Both the position numbers and the translations under genes were made by a program. From positions 186,001-250,000 of the forward strand of contig JBEUKZ010000016.1 of assembly GCA_048128005.1 (NCBI GenBank): a DNA stretch of 64,000 nucleotides, given 5' to 3'. Shown piece by piece: positions 40,201 to 53,377 of the stretch; the stretch's first letter is position 1; the number at the start of each line of letters is the position of its first letter. The DNA comes from Veleropilina oligotropha. Taxonomy: Eukaryota. The notes under the pieces are model-generated. The model worked only from the letters and a program-made list of their open reading frames with translations. It did not search any database and was not told the origin of the DNA.

Positions 40201-41984
40201 GATACCGCCGACACCAGTCGATTATGGTGACTTTCACCTCTTTTCCAAGGTCACAGGGTACAGTTTACGCTTTTGCTCATTCAATTGTTGTTAGCGCGAT
40301 ATCTCAAGACAGAATGAACTGATTTCATTTATATTTGGTAGATAGATACATTTGTGGATATCGCCGATACCAGTCGATTATGTTGACCTTCACCTCATTT
40401 TCTGTCTTCAGATACCGAGGTCAATGTCGCCATAATTGACTGGTGCCAGTGATATCCCCAAATGTATTTAATTGTTGTTAGCGAGATATCTCAAGACAGA
40501 ATGAACTGATTTCATTTATATTTGGTAGATAGATACATTTGTGGATATCGCCGATACCAGTCGATTATGTTGACCTTGACCTCATTTTCTGTCTTCAGAT
40601 ACCGAGGTCAATGTCGCCATAATTGACTCCCATACATGCATTGGGCGATATAGCAGTCCCTTAATCACTGGCGGGGGACTCTTGCCACGTTAGTGGCAAA
40701 CACTTGTTCTTAATGAAAATTGTTATTCTAATACGTTCATATAGTTTATATAAAGTTACATCGGTTCATTTTCAAAGAATATTTGTTAGTTAACTTAATT
40801 AATCAAAAACTTTTGCACTCTTTTTAGACCGCATTAATATTGAGACTAATTTATGTAATGAGTAAACACGATGCCTTTTGCATTAAACTGTTTACATATC
40901 ACTACGCCGTAATGTCGCCTTCAATCTACCGCTGATTCTTCGACCGGTAAGGCAATTTCGTGAGTTTGTAGTTTGTTTCCTACCAAAGAGCAATATGTGA
41001 TGAATAGAACCTCACACTCGTGGTAATGTAATATCACATTTATGAAACTCGTTTAACTAATTTTAATATTTTCCTCGGCAAGCCTTGGAAAATATGAAAA
41101 TTAGTTAAACTCGTTTCATAAATGTGATATTACATTACCACTCATATGAGATCCTCTATATCCGAACATTGATGCAAAAATGATGTTTAACGTACATGTT
41201 TCATAATTCTGTAAAGCACTACATACCACGCTCAACTTACTTCTTAGTGGTCTTAAGCTAGAGCGCAACTCTCGATCAACGCACGCTGCGTGGGTTCAAC
41301 CCTTGGCTGAAGATACGTCAGAATTATCGGTCTGTCCCACAACCGGATGGAGGCGCCTAGATCCATGCAGTTTATCTTTCATGATGATATGAACATATTT
41401 CAATATGACCCAAGATATTAAGCAGCACAATAAACCTAAATGAAATAGACTTGCAAATTCAATGCATATTAATTACATATTGCATTAATGACCAATTATG
41501 ATATTGATAACATGGCTTAAAAGGCAACTGTTTGAATTGTAACATTTAATCAATTTGGTCTAGGATTGAAGCTAGACACAAATGCCATAAAACAGGAATA
41601 AATGCAGACATTTTACAGACATATTTTAACAGTTTATCTATTGCCTTATAAGGGATGTCTGGTGTCGCAATATTGCGACAATGGCAGGAAAAGGATTAAA
41701 CTGTTTACTATAATCAAACTTTACTTATAAATGTGTTTCCATAATTAAACTATGTCATTTTTCTTTTGACAACACCGACAGGTCTTTCGTCGGGCGGCGT
41801 CGCAGGGATTGTTATCACCGTGATTGTTCTCGCGATAATCGCTATCCTAGGTGGAATATGTTTCGTTCGGAGGAGAGGAAGAATGGGCTTCAGGAGCTTC
41901 CATAGTAATTATCACCAGTCGACGAATAATGGCGTTCCTTTGACTTTCTTATCATCTGAAGGTTCTGACGACGGAAAAGAGTAA
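28218..41984 (+). CDS. Multi-CTLD type I membrane receptor (mannose-receptor-like), 3' exons: 28218-28468, 30021-30192, 33233-33484, 36296-36478, 37892-38188, 41782-41984
   Basis: All junctions AG/GT and phase-compatible. CTLD 1: CPTGF..CF..TWQAA..C..HLVSI..WTGLND / YTNWAANQP..C..WSD..C..FVCK. A second CTLD, a Ser/Thr/Pro stalk, TM GVAGIVITVIVLAIIAILGGICFV followed by RRRGR, and a stop at 41,984. Confidence 0.9.
30599..31719. mobile_element. Non-autonomous DNA transposon (MITE) with internal about 120-bp repeats
   Basis: TIR CAGGGCCGTAGCCAGG / CCTGGCTACGGCCCTG, flanked by ATTAT on both sides. Confidence 0.8.
32010..33058 (+). mobile_element. SINE-like repeat interrupted by a Helentron-type insertion
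   Basis: Both halves match the uninterrupted inverted copy at about 57,283-57,578; CORE-like GCCTCGGTCCACCCAGC..TGGGTACC, GCGCTATATAA and (TTA)n tail. Confidence 0.65.
32110..32835 (+). mobile_element. Non-autonomous Helentron-type (HINE/DINE-1-like) element
   Basis: TGTATCCCCCG..CGGGGGATAC 5' hairpin, tandem 130-160 bp cores, 3' CGGGGATACA plus palindrome GTCAC..GTGAC, T-rich ends. Confidence 0.7.
33860..34945. repeat. Three tandem copies of an about 360-bp unit
   Basis: CCTRACAGACAAGTTGGC at about 33,901, 34,262 and 34,617. Confidence 0.8.
35990..36185 (-). pseudogene. Penelope-like retroelement GIY-YIG endonuclease fragment
   Basis: YVGETKCTLATSFKEH..DHCNVTGH..KVLAREENWLKRKIKES. Confidence 0.8.
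36830..37179. mobile_element. MITE with 6-bp target duplication
   Basis: TIR CAGGGTTCGTAC / GTACGAACCCTG; CTTTGT on both flanks; repeated GTCATGGAA. Confidence 0.85.
37200..37420 (-). pseudogene. RTE-like LINE C-terminal fragment
   Basis: Minus strand reads ...LDGRAPAGRPRKTWQHAVSIDMRQIGL, preceded by a degraded FGH motif. Confidence 0.55.
39131..40708 (+). mobile_element. Non-autonomous Helentron-type element with about 156-bp tandem cores
   Basis: AGTCCCCCGC..GCGGGGGACT 5' hairpin, (GTCC/GTAC)n microsatellite, about nine cores, 3' GCGGGGGACT plus TTGCCAC..GTGGCAA palindrome, TT ends. Confidence 0.8.
41020..41141. repeat. Long imperfect palindrome
   Basis: 29-bp perfect outer stem plus 24-bp inner stem with one mismatch. 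Confidence 0.85.
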
Positions 41985-42110
41985 CATTGCTAAATCAAGT
42001 TTACCATTATTCTCAATTGTTGGTAAATTTGTTTATAATATAAACAGATATATAATTGTTATATATAGTTAGTTGATTAAATTATGTATTTGTAATTTAT
42101 ATATTTGTAA

Positions 42111-42116
42111 AATAAA
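42111..42116 (+). terminator. Probable polyadenylation signal of the lectin receptor gene
   Basis: AATAAA about 130 bp after the stop codon. Confidence 0.55.
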
Positions 42117-42371
42117 AGTGATACTTTTCGTATACATGAGTTCGTATACATGGGTTCATATTATTAGCAGGCAAACTTGCCAAAGCAATGTCCTAGCTCA
42201 GATGTATACTGGAGCAACTGCTCATATATTCCAATGACCAAGTTATATCTTTTAGGTATCTAATCATGAAATAGTATATCATATGTATATATTACTGAAA
42301 GATTCATTATTTGTCGATAGTTTTAGACAAAATTCATCTTTCAACCTTGTTTTCATACCATTGGCTATGGA

Positions 42372-43818
42372 TTGGATCGATGTTTAATGTCCTGTATATT
42401 TATAACCATCAGGTTCAAATCTGTGATTCATAACTGAGCAAATAATGCCATGTCTCAACCAAGATTCGAACCCACTACTGTTTGTCATTGGAATCAAGCC
42501 ATTGATTTCAGAGTTGGCACTCGAGACCACACGACTGTCTGAGCCGTTCATACCATTCTGTATGTATATTATTAACACAATATCTACTGCAAGATCCACG
42601 TGACAGTTGTGACTGATGACTTATTGCTAAAATGACAACTAGATATTGCACCAAGGGAAAGAAAAAGGAAAGGATCGCTGCTTAATGTCATACAGGTATA
42701 TTTCCAACCATTATTTGGTTCAAACCAGGACATGTCCGTATTATCGCGGGAGGAAAGCTGTCGCCCGGAAAACCCCGCCCTCATCGACCAGTCACGGACA
42801 TCTGTGATTCATAACTTGAACAAATGTGTGATGCCTCAGCCGAGGGTCGAACCCACTACTGTTCGCGTCAGTGGAATCAAGTCAGTGATTTTCGGAATCC
42901 ACAACCGTACCACTGTACTGTTGAAGCGGCCTGGATATTGCACCAACATGACTTTCTGTGATGAAATCGTCAATAACGAGTAGGGTTGTCTCGTACATCA
43001 TAAACAACTTCAACCCCCCACCTCATGTCTCCAGTAAGACATCGGACGCGGTTCCGGGGTAAATTCAGTTATCCTTGGTGTGGATCCTGTGCCAGTTCTT
43101 GTAGATTGGGTACTGATGGGTCCAGCTTCTGTATTTGCAACCCAAGACGTGCTCCATGGTTCGAGATATGGGCACGTGGTCAAGAGAATGTCATTCTGCT
43201 GCAGAAACAGAAAATTGCTCGAGCCTAGGTGTTGTCTCGTATTATCATTCATGTAGATTGTCTGGTAGCCATTCTACACTTGTACATGTTCACCGCCAGA
43301 TTCCCTGCACAGTGTCCATGTTCAACTTACAGTCGGGGGCAGGCAACCCAACAATAAATGTTCCTGGTGCGCATGCCATGTTTTGGTCCCTTCAGATCCG
43401 AATACGTCCATCTGTGATGCACAACAGGAACCTGCTTCATCCGACCAATGGATCTTTCTCAATGTCCTTCAGTTATGTCTCATCAAAAACCATTCCAATT
43501 ACGCCATTCCTGCAATGAACATTACAGGACGTCGCTTGAACATTGTCCATGACTGAAAACTACATTGGAATGGATCGATGCTTAATGTCCTGTAGATTTA
43601 CAACCATCAGGTTCAAAGCAGGATATGCCCTTATTATAGACGGAGGAAAGGCTGTCACCCGGGAAAACCCGCCGTCTCCGACCAGTTATGGACAACTGAA
43701 CAAATAATGCAAATGTCCCAAACGAGAATCGAAGCCGCTATTGTTCGTGTCAACTGAATCAAGCCAGTGATTTTCGAGTCTGTAACCAAAATCACGTGAC
43801 AGGCGGAGTGGCCTCACT
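42372..43818 (-). mobile_element. Three diverged tRNA-derived SINE copies (about 42,372-42,545, 42,674-42,932, 43,570-43,818)
   Basis: Shared GGATCG.TG.TTAATGTC...GGTTCAAA segment; minus-strand B-box-like GGTTCGA motifs. Confidence 0.55.
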
Positions 43819-46752
43819 TAAAACTACAAATCTCAGTTGATTCTTCAGTGTACATGTTGACAACTGTCCGTGGCAGTTCTCTATCAGAAAGGTGGCGCCT
43901 AACCAGTAGAAGCAGGGCCCGATCCTCGCCTTCTAATGTCACACGAGGTGTCCGGAATTTGGGCTTTCCTTTCCTCATTATTTTTTGTCGATGCTTCCAT
44001 GCTCATCTGCTGATAATGAATAGTTCTAACCGAGCTGACAACATCTTTGTATGACATTCCCACACTAATCGTGTCTATTACTCACCAAACTGTGAAATAA
44101 TCTCCTTTGAGATTTTTGCTTAATATCCTGTTTTAACAAGGTTCAGTGTTCTAGATCATCGTAGAAGTATATTAAAAACTTGGTCGCCTGGGAATACCAA
44201 CCTCATCTGCAAGATATGGACAACTGTGCCTGGTAACTGAACAGAGAGTGGCCCTTTGAGGAGTCTAACCCACTCCTCTAAGACAGAGCAGTCAAGCAGC
44301 TTAATTCAGAGCCCACAACGCTCTTATTCACTCGACTACCGGTCCTGCCAGACGACGTTCTGAGTATGAGCTCTACCATATTTAATGGTGGTGGTGGCCA
44401 GTACCGTATTTAATACAAGTATTTTCAGATTTATTCAAGGGTTAATAGTAAAGCTCGGAAGACTCTTTCTTAGAGAGACTTCGATCTTTACTTAATAAAG
44501 ACAGGTAAAACCCGAAATTAAGGCACTTTTTGGATGACATAATTCATTATTAATAAAGTACTGGAAGTAAATCTCAGAAGACTACTTTTTAGAGGCTTAG
44601 CTATATAGGAAAACAATAGAGATAAAGCAATGGAAGAACAATTCGGAAGACACTTGAATAGGGATCATTTCATTATTTAATAAAGCAATACTGTATAGGC
44701 AAAATCTGAAGATTCTTTTAGAGATATATCCATAAAATAAGGCAATATATTAGAGGTAAAACCTGGACGTAAGCTATCAGAGTTCCAATCTGGGTGTGCT
44801 GAGATTATCCACATGTATACACGTCCCCCCTCCCCCCTGACTACTAAACTGATGGAAATACAATATAATATCGTCTCCTTATTATGTGGATATTTTAGAA
44901 CTTACAGAGTCAAGTGCTTAAGCACGCAATTATAGTTTATATGTACTCACATAATTGTTGTAATGTGCACAAAATATCTGCAGGAAACTTCAGAAGTTTT
45001 ACGGAACTGGTTTATAATGAAATGTTCGATCATCATTCGTGATTATACCGTGTCCACGATATTTATTATATCGTGTCCACTATATTAATATTATATATTG
45101 ATTACGATATTTATTATATCGTGGCCAAGATATAATTATGTCTTCGCCACGACATTATATCATGGCCACGAGTGATATAATACGAATGTCCTAAACCGTC
45201 CACCGTACAAACGACTTTCCACTACCTATCTTTTCAAAACCGAGCTTTGCGTTTCCTAACTTTGCAGACACATATATAGGCCTACTCGGAAGACTATTTC
45301 CTAGGGAGACTTCATTAGTTAGTAAAACAAAAGCATTAAAACTAGGAAACTCTTTTTTAATAAGACTTTATTATTTAATAACTTAAAAGTAATAGAGGTA
45401 AAAAATTGGAAGGATCCTATTATAAGGACTTGATTATTTAATAAAGCAATAGAAGTAAAACTCTGAAGACTATTTACTAGGGAGACTTCAATAGTTAGTA
45501 AAGCGATAGAGGTAAAACCCGGAAGTATCTTTCTCAGGGAGACTTCATTATTTGATAAAGAAATAGAGGTAAAAACAGGAAGAGTATTTCCTAGGGAGAC
45601 TTCATTATTTGATAAGCAATAGAAGTAAACTTGGAAGACTATTTCGTAGAGAGAGACTTCAATAGTTAGTAAAGCAATAGAGACAAAACCCGAAAGGCTC
45701 TTTCTCAAGGAGACTTCATTATTTGATAAAGCAATAGAGGTAAAACTCGGAAGACTTTCCTAGGGAGACTTCATTATTTGATAAAGCAATAGAAGCAAAA
45801 ATCGGAAGCCTATTTACTAGGGAGACTTTAATAGTTAGTAAAGCTATAGAAGTAAAACCTGGAAGTATCTTTCTCAAGGAAACTTCATTATTTGATAAAG
45901 AAATAGAGGTAAAAATGGGAAGAGTATTTCCTAGGGAGACTTCCTTATTTGATAAGCAATAGAAGTAAAACAAGGAAGACTATTTCCAAGGGAGAATTCA
46001 TTAATTTGTAAAGCAATAGAGGTAAAACCCGGAAGGCTCATGCTCATGGACTATTTCCTAGGGAGACTTCCTTATTTGATAAGCAATTGAAGTAAAACTC
46101 GGAAGACTATTTCGTAGAGAGACTTCATTAGTTAGTAAAGCAATAGAGGTAAAACCCGGAAGGCTCTTTCTCAGGGATACTTCATTATTTGATAAAGCAA
46201 TAGAGGTAAAAATCGGAAGCCTATTTACTAGGGAGACTTTAATAGTTAGTAAAGCTATAGAGGTAAAACCCGGAAGTCTTTCTCAGGGAGACTTCCTTTT
46301 TTGATAAAGAAATAGAGGTAAAACAAGGAAGACTATTTCCTAGGGAGAATTCATTCATTTTTAAAGCAATAGAGGTAAAAACCGGAAGGCTCATTCTCAG
46401 GGACTATTTCCTAGGGAAACTTCCTTATTTGATAAGCAATTGAAGTAAAACTCGGAAGACTATTTCGTAGAGAAACTTCATTAGTTATTAAAGCAATAGA
46501 GGTAAAACCCGGAAGGCTCTTTCTCAGGGAGACTCATTATTTAATAAAGCAATAGAGGTAAAACTCGGAAGACTATTTCCTAGGGAGACGTCATTATTTG
46601 ATAAAGCAATAGAAGTAAAATTCGGAAAATTATTTACTAGGGAGACTTCAATAGTTAGTAAAGCGATAGAGGTAAAACCAGGAAGGCTCTTTCTCAGGGA
46701 AACTTTATTATTTGATAAAGCAATAAAGGTAAAATTCGGAAGACTATTTCAT

Positions 46753-47203
46753 ACACTACGTTCACACTGGCTATTCCGGATCACTGTACCGGAAGACCTA
46801 CCTCATTAAATTTTATTGCCTTGTCTATGTTGCATTCCCACCTAAAATTCTCAAACCACTGTTTCGGTTAGCCTCATCGCCGACCGAATTATCTCCTAGA
46901 TGTCGCTGTTCGTTGATCAGCGAGAATGGGCGAGAGCTCGTGTTAGCCACAGCAAATATGTCAGTGTCGCTCACTTGTGCGAAGTCAAGTCTCGTCGAAC
47001 ATCTGGCATCCAGATGGTCTTGCGTTCAGACCAGAGCTATGCCGGTACAAAATGCTGATCCGGATCACTAAACCACCTCCGTAGAGGGATTAGTTAATGC
47101 GGAAGAGCGCTGAAAGTTATACCGGCACAGTGCGTTCACATTGAGTTCTAACCGATATATCACTTTTGTTCCGGTTTATCTTTGCAGTGTGAACGCGGTC
47201 TAA
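46753..47203. mobile_element. MITE (PIF/Harbinger-like) inserted in the satellite
   Basis: CGTTCACACTG / CAGTGTGAACG inverted ends, TAA at the right flank; the satellite resumes in register. Confidence 0.6.
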
Positions 47204-50200
47204 GAGAGACTTCAATAGTTAGTACAGCGATAGAGGTAAAACCCAGAAGGCTCATTATCAGGGAGACTTCATTATTTGATAACGCAATAGAGGTAAAATG
47301 CGGAAGACTATTTACTAGGGCGACTTCGTTATTTGATGGAGCAATAGACTTAAAACTCGGAAGTCTATTTCCTATGGATGCGTATTAGTTAGTAAAGCAA
47401 TAGAGGTAAAACCCGGAAGGCTCATTCTCAGGAACTATTACCTAGGGAGACTTCATTATTTGAAAAGCAATAGAAGTAAAACTTAGAAGACTATTTCGTA
47501 GAGAGGGACTTCATTAGTTAGTAAAGCAATAGAGGCAAAACCCGAATGGCTCTTTCTCAAGGAGACTTCATTATTTGGTAAAGCAATAGAGGTAAAACTC
47601 GGAAGACTATTTCCTAGGGAGACTTCATTATTTTATTAAGCAATACAAGTAAAATCGGAAGCCTATTTACTAGGGAGACTTCAATAGTTACTAAAGCGAT
47701 AGAGGTAAAACCTGGAAGTATCTTTCTCACGGAGACTTCATTATTTGATAAAGAAATATAGGTAAAAATAGGAAGAGTATTTCCTAGGGAGACTTCCTTA
47801 TTTGATAAGCAATAGAAGTAAAACAAGGAAGACTATTTCCTAGGGAAAATTCATTAGTTTGTAAAGCAATAGAGGTAAAACCCGGAAGGCTCATTCTCAG
47901 GGACTATTTCCTAGGGAGACTTCATTAGTTTGTAAAGCAATTGACGCAAAACTCGGAAGACTATTTCGTAGAGAGACTTCATTAGCTAGTAAAACAATAG
48001 AGGTAAAACCCGGAAGGCTCTTTTGCAGGGAGACTTCATTATTTGATAAAGCAATAGAGGTAAAACTTGGAAGAATATTTCCTAGGGAGACTTCATTATT
48101 TGATAAAGCAATAGAAGTAAAACAAGGAAGACTATTTCCTAGGGAGAATTCATTAGTTTGTAAAGCAATAGAGGTAAAACCCGGAAGTCTCATCCTCAGG
48201 GACTATTTCCTAGGGAGACTTCATTAGTTTGTAAAGCAATTGAAGTAAAACTCGGAAGACTATTTCGTAGAGAGACTTCATTAGCTAGTAAAACAATAGA
48301 GGTAAAACCCGGAAGGCTCTTTTGCAGGGAGACTTCATTATTTGATAAAGCAATAGAGGTAAAACTCGGAAGACTATTTCCTAGGGAGACTTCATTATTT
48401 GATAAAGCAATAGAAGTAAAATTCAGAAGATTATTACTAGGGAGACTTCAATAGTTAGTAAAGTGATAGAGGTAAAACCAGGAAGGCTATTTCTCAGGGA
48501 GACTTTATTATTTGATAAAGAAATGAAGGTAAAATTCGGAAGACTATTTCGTAGAGAGACTTCAATAGTTAGTACAGCAATAGAGGTAAAACCCAGAAGG
48601 CTTATTATCAGGGAGACTTCATTATTTGATAACGCAATAGAGGTAAAATGCGGAAGACTATTTACTAGGGCGACTTCATTATTTGATGAAGCAATGGAAG
48701 TAAAACTCGGAAGTCTATTTCCTAGGGATACTTATTAGTTGGTAAAGCAATAGAGGTAAAACCCAGAAGGCTCACTCTCAGGGACTATTTCCTAGGGAGA
48801 ATTCATTATTTGATAAGCAATAGAAGTAAACTTGGAAGACTATTTCGTAGAGAGAGACTTCAATAGTTAGTAAAGCAATAGAGGCAAAACCCGAAAGGCT
48901 CTTTCTCAAGGAGACTTCATTATTTGATAAAGCAATAGAGGTAAAACTCGGAAGACTATTTCCTAGGGAGACTTCATTATTTGATAAAGCAATAGAAGCA
49001 AAAATCGGAAGCCTATTTACTATGGAGACTTTAATAGTTAGTAAAGCTATAGATGTAAAACCCGGAAGTATCTTTCTCAGGGAGACTTCATTATTTGATA
49101 AAGATATAGAGGTAAAAATGGGAAGAGTATTTCCTAGGGAGACTTCCTTATTTGATAAGCAATATAAGTAATACAAGGAAGACTATTTCCAAGGGAGAAT
49201 TCATTAATTTGTAAAGCAATAGAGGTAAAACCCGGAAGGCTCATTCTCAGGGAGACTTCATTATTTGATAAAGCAATAGAGGTAAAACTTGGAAGACTAT
49301 TTCCTAGCAAGACTTCATTATTTGATAAAGCAATAGAAGTAAAATTCGGAAGATCATTTAGTAGGGAACTTCAATAGTTAGTAAAGCGATAGAGATAAAA
49401 TCAAGAAGGCTCTTTCTCAGGGAGACTTTATTATTTGTTAAAGCAATAAAGGTAAAATTCGGAAGACTATTTCGTAGAGAGACTTCAATAGTTAGTACAA
49501 CAATAGAGGTAAACCCAGAAGGCTCATTCTCAGGGAGACTTCATTATTTGATAACGCAATAGAGGTAAAATGCAGAAGACTATTTACTAGGGCGACTTCA
49601 TTATTTGATGAAGCAATAGAAGTAAAATTCGGAAGTCTATTTCCTAGGGATACTTATTAGTTAGTAAAGCAATAGAGGTAAAACCCGGAAGGCTCATTCT
49701 AAGGGACTATTTCCTATGGAGACTTCATTATTTGATACGCAATAGAAGTAAAACTTGGAAGACTATTTCGTAGAGAGAGACTTCATTAGTTAGTAAAGCA
49801 ATAGAGGCAAAACCCGAAAGGCTCTCTCTCAAGGAGACTTCATTATTTGATAAAGCAATAGAGGTAAAAATCGGAAGCCTATTTAATAGGGAGACTAATA
49901 GTTAGTAAAGCTATAGAGGTAAAACCCGGAAGTATCTTTCTCAGGGAGACTTCCTTTTTTGATAAAGAAATAGAGGTAAAACAAGGAAGACTATTTCCTA
50001 GGGAGAATTCATTAATTTTTAAAGCAATACAGGTAAAACCCGGAAGGCTCATTCTCAGGGACTATTTCCTAGGGAAACTTCATTATTTGATAAGCAATAG
50101 AAGTAATACAAGGTAGAGAGACTTCATTAGTTAGTAAAGCAATAGAGGTAAAACCCGGAAGGCTCTTTCTCAGGGAGACTTCATTATTTAATAAAGCAAT

Positions 50201-51423
50201 AGAGGTAAAACTCGGAAGACTATTTCCTAGGGAGACGTCATTATTTTATAAAGTAATAGAAGTAAAATTCCGAAAATTATTTACCTGGGAGACTTCAATA
50301 GTTAGTAAAGCGATAGAGGTAAAACCAGGAAGGGTCTTTCTCAGGGAAACTTTATTATTTGATAAAGCAATAAAGGTAAAATGCGGAAGACTATTTCATA
50401 GAGAGACTTCAATAGTTAGTACAGCGATAGAGGTAAAACCCAGAAGGCTCATTCTCAGGGAGACTTCATTATATGATAACGCAATAGAGGTAAAATGCGG
50501 AAGACTATTTACTAGGGCGACTTCATTATTTGATGGAGCAACAGACTTAAAACTCGGAAGTCTATTTCCTATGGATACGTATTAGTTAGTAAAGCAATAG
50601 AGGTAAAACCCGGAAGGCTCATTCTCAGGGACTATTACCTAGGGAGACTTCATTATTTGAAAAGCAATAGAAGTAAAACTTAGAAGACTATTTCGTAGAG
50701 AGAGACTTCATTAGTTAGTAAAGCAATAGAGGCAAAACCCGAAAGGCTCTTTCTCAAGGAGACTTCATTATTTGGTAAAGCAATAGAGGTAAAACTCGGA
50801 AGACTATTTCCTAGGGAGAGTTCATTATTTGATAAAGCAATACAAGTAAAATCGGAAGCCTATTTACTAGGGAGACTTCAATAGTTACTAAAGCGATAGA
50901 GGTAAAACCCAGAAGTATCTTTCTCACGGAGACTTCAATATTTGATAAAGAAATAGAGGTAAAAATAGGAAGAGTATTTCCTTGGGAGACTTCATTATTT
51001 GATAAGCAATAGAAGTAAAAGAAGGAAGACTATTTCCTAGGGAAAATTCATTAGTTTGTAATGCAATAGAGGTAAAACCCGGAAGGCTCATTCTCAGGGA
51101 CTATTTCCTAGGGAGACTTCATTAGTTTGTAAAGCAATTGAAGCAAAACTCGGAAGACTATTTCGTAGAGAGACTCCATTAGTTAGTAAAGCAATAGAGG
51201 TAAAACCCGAAAGGTTCTTTCGCAGGGAGACTTCATTATTTGATAAAGCAATAGAGGTAAAACTCGGAAGACTATTTCCTAGGGAGACTTCATTATTTGA
51301 TAAAGCAATAGAAGTAAAACAAGGAAGACTATTTCCTAGGGAGAATTCATTAGTTTGTAAAGCAATAGAGGTAAAACCCGGAAGTCTCATTCTCAGGGAC
51401 TATTTCGCAGGGAGACTTCATTA

Positions 51424-51981
51424 TTATCCCCCCGGCATTAAATGCGGGGGGATATAGTCATCAGCATGTCCGTCCGTCCGTCCGTCCGTCCGTCCCTCCG
51501 TCCGTCCGTCTGTCCGTCCGTCTAATCATTTCGTTTCCGGAGCATACCTCATAAACTGCTTTTCATATCTTTACGACACTTGGTGGGTGTATTATGGACA
51601 TGGTGAACTGGTGCCTTTTGCCAGTTTCGACGTTGAGCGGCGATTATTAACAGAGTTATTTCCCTTGTTGTAAATTCTAATTGATATCGTTTCCGGAGCA
51701 TATCTCATACACCGCTCGACATAACTTTACGAAACTTGCTGGGTGTATTAAGTAGTCGGTGAACTGGTGCCTTTTGCCAGTTTCGCCGTTGTGCGGCGAT
51801 TATTAACAGAGTTATTGCCCTTGTTGTAAATTCTAATCGATCTCTTTTCCAGAGCATATCTCATATACCGCTCGATATAAAAGACATGCTTAGTTACTGA
51901 TGACTATGATTTCCTTGCCGCATCTTCTGTGTGAGACATCTGTGCACCGGGGGGATATGTCATCTTCTGATGGCTCTTGTT
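51424..51981 (+). mobile_element. Non-autonomous Helentron-type element inserted in the satellite
   Basis: TATCCCCCCG..GGGGGGATA hairpin, (GTCC)n, about two cores, 3' CGGGGGGATA plus CATC..GATG palindrome; inserted at TT of CATTATTTGATAAAG. Confidence 0.8.
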
Positions 51982-52202
51982 TGATAAAGCAATAGAGGTA
52001 AAACTCGGAAGACTATTTCCTGGGGCGACTTCATTATTTGATAAAGCAATAGAAGTAAAATTCAGAAGATTATTACTAGGGAGACTTCAATAGTTAGTAA
52101 AGCGATAGAGGTAAAACCAGGAAGGCTCTTTCTCAGGGAGACTTTATTATTTGATAAAGCCATAAAGGTAAAATTCGGAAGACTATTTCGTAGAGAGACT
52201 TC

Positions 52203-52508
52203 GGCGCTCTTTCGGTACTTCCCCCACAGCTCCGGCTTTTACTCAACTTTGGAAATCCGTTTTTTCATCTCCGATAAAAGGACGACTTTGGACGCGTCGT
52301 TAATGTTAAATCCATGGGGACTAGCAACAGGTGAACCTCGGTCAGTCCAGGCTCACGGGGCGGTTCGGTGTATATACGTTTGTAAAGCCAATACAACTAC
52401 GTACCCATCACGTGTATCTTATCATAGGCCGTGAATTTAAGACAAATAAAAGCCAGAGCTCCTTAAATATGATAAAAGCTGGAACTGTATGGGAAGTACC
52501 GAAAGAAC
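52203..52508. mobile_element. MITE inserted in the satellite
   Basis: TTTCGGTACTTCCC..AGCTCCGGCTTTTA inverted ends; second copy at about 55,870-56,202. Confidence 0.75.
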
Positions 52509-53377
52509 AGAGACTTCAATAGTTAGTACAGCAATAGAGGTAAAATCCAGAAGGCTCATTCTCAGGGAGACTTCATTATTTGATAACGCAATAGAGGTAA
52601 AATGCGGAAGACTATTTACTAGGGCGACTTCATTATTTGATGAAGCAATAGAAGTAAAACTCGGAAGTCTATTTCCATGGGATACTTATTAGTTAGTAAA
52701 GCAATAGAGGTAAAACCCGGAAGGCTCATTCTCAGGGAGAGTTCATTATTTGATAAGCAATAGAAGTAAACTTCAGGATTATTCAACATTTCTAACTTGA
52801 TCTGACGAAATCCATTTTGATTAGGTCCGAGGTGTGGTTCAATGCGTACTTTTATCCTATTCAAATGAAGTTTATTATATATTTTAGCAGCGATATATGT
52901 GTGAAAAAGATTCCTTTATAATTTTCTTGGTTTCTTCAAAGAACCTTTTGTAGAAAGAACGTGATATAAGAATATAGGCCCATTTAACTTTTTGACGTCC
53001 AGTACGGATAATTGGTTCCAGTAACTAGCAAAAAGGTATGAATATCATATCTTTCCATATTATAGCTGGCAGACCATCGAGCATCAAGGCATTGCAATCA
53101 GAGATTGCAAACCCTCGTCCCGGTGCCAAGGAACAAGATGGCAATTATCAGATTCTCTACTACCAATAGTCTTTCAGATAGAGTATAGTAAAGCCGAAAA
53201 CCGGATATGACGTATCCTATAGTGAACACGCATAATCTCAATTGATATATACTCAACCAAAAAAGAAACGCACACCCCACTTTTATATAATTTCTCTATA
53301 TTAACAATTTGCCAAAATTTAATGCAAGAAAACAATTCTGAGACACTAACTTTATTTCCTGAAGTAAATGAAAGATA

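Larger units (their letters stand above)
45285..52772. repeat. 57-bp satellite array with higher-order structure and three insertions
   Basis: Unit TAGGGAGACTTCATTATTTGATAAAGCAATAGAGGTAAAACTCGGAAGACTATTTCC; decayed copies at about 44,450-44,770. Confidence 0.95.

Noticed and set aside
42950..43550. GC-richer stretch with short ORFs
   Set aside because: Probably a decayed retroelement fragment; no motif could be assigned with confidence.
44181..44200. Short match to the 5S rRNA 3' region (CGCCTGGGAATACC)
   Set aside because: Only about 14 nt with no flanking similarity.
45319..52864. ORFs with 19-aa repeats (SNNEVSLGNSLPSFTSIAL)
   Set aside because: By-product of a 57-bp unit; frequent stops and frameshifts, no splice structure.
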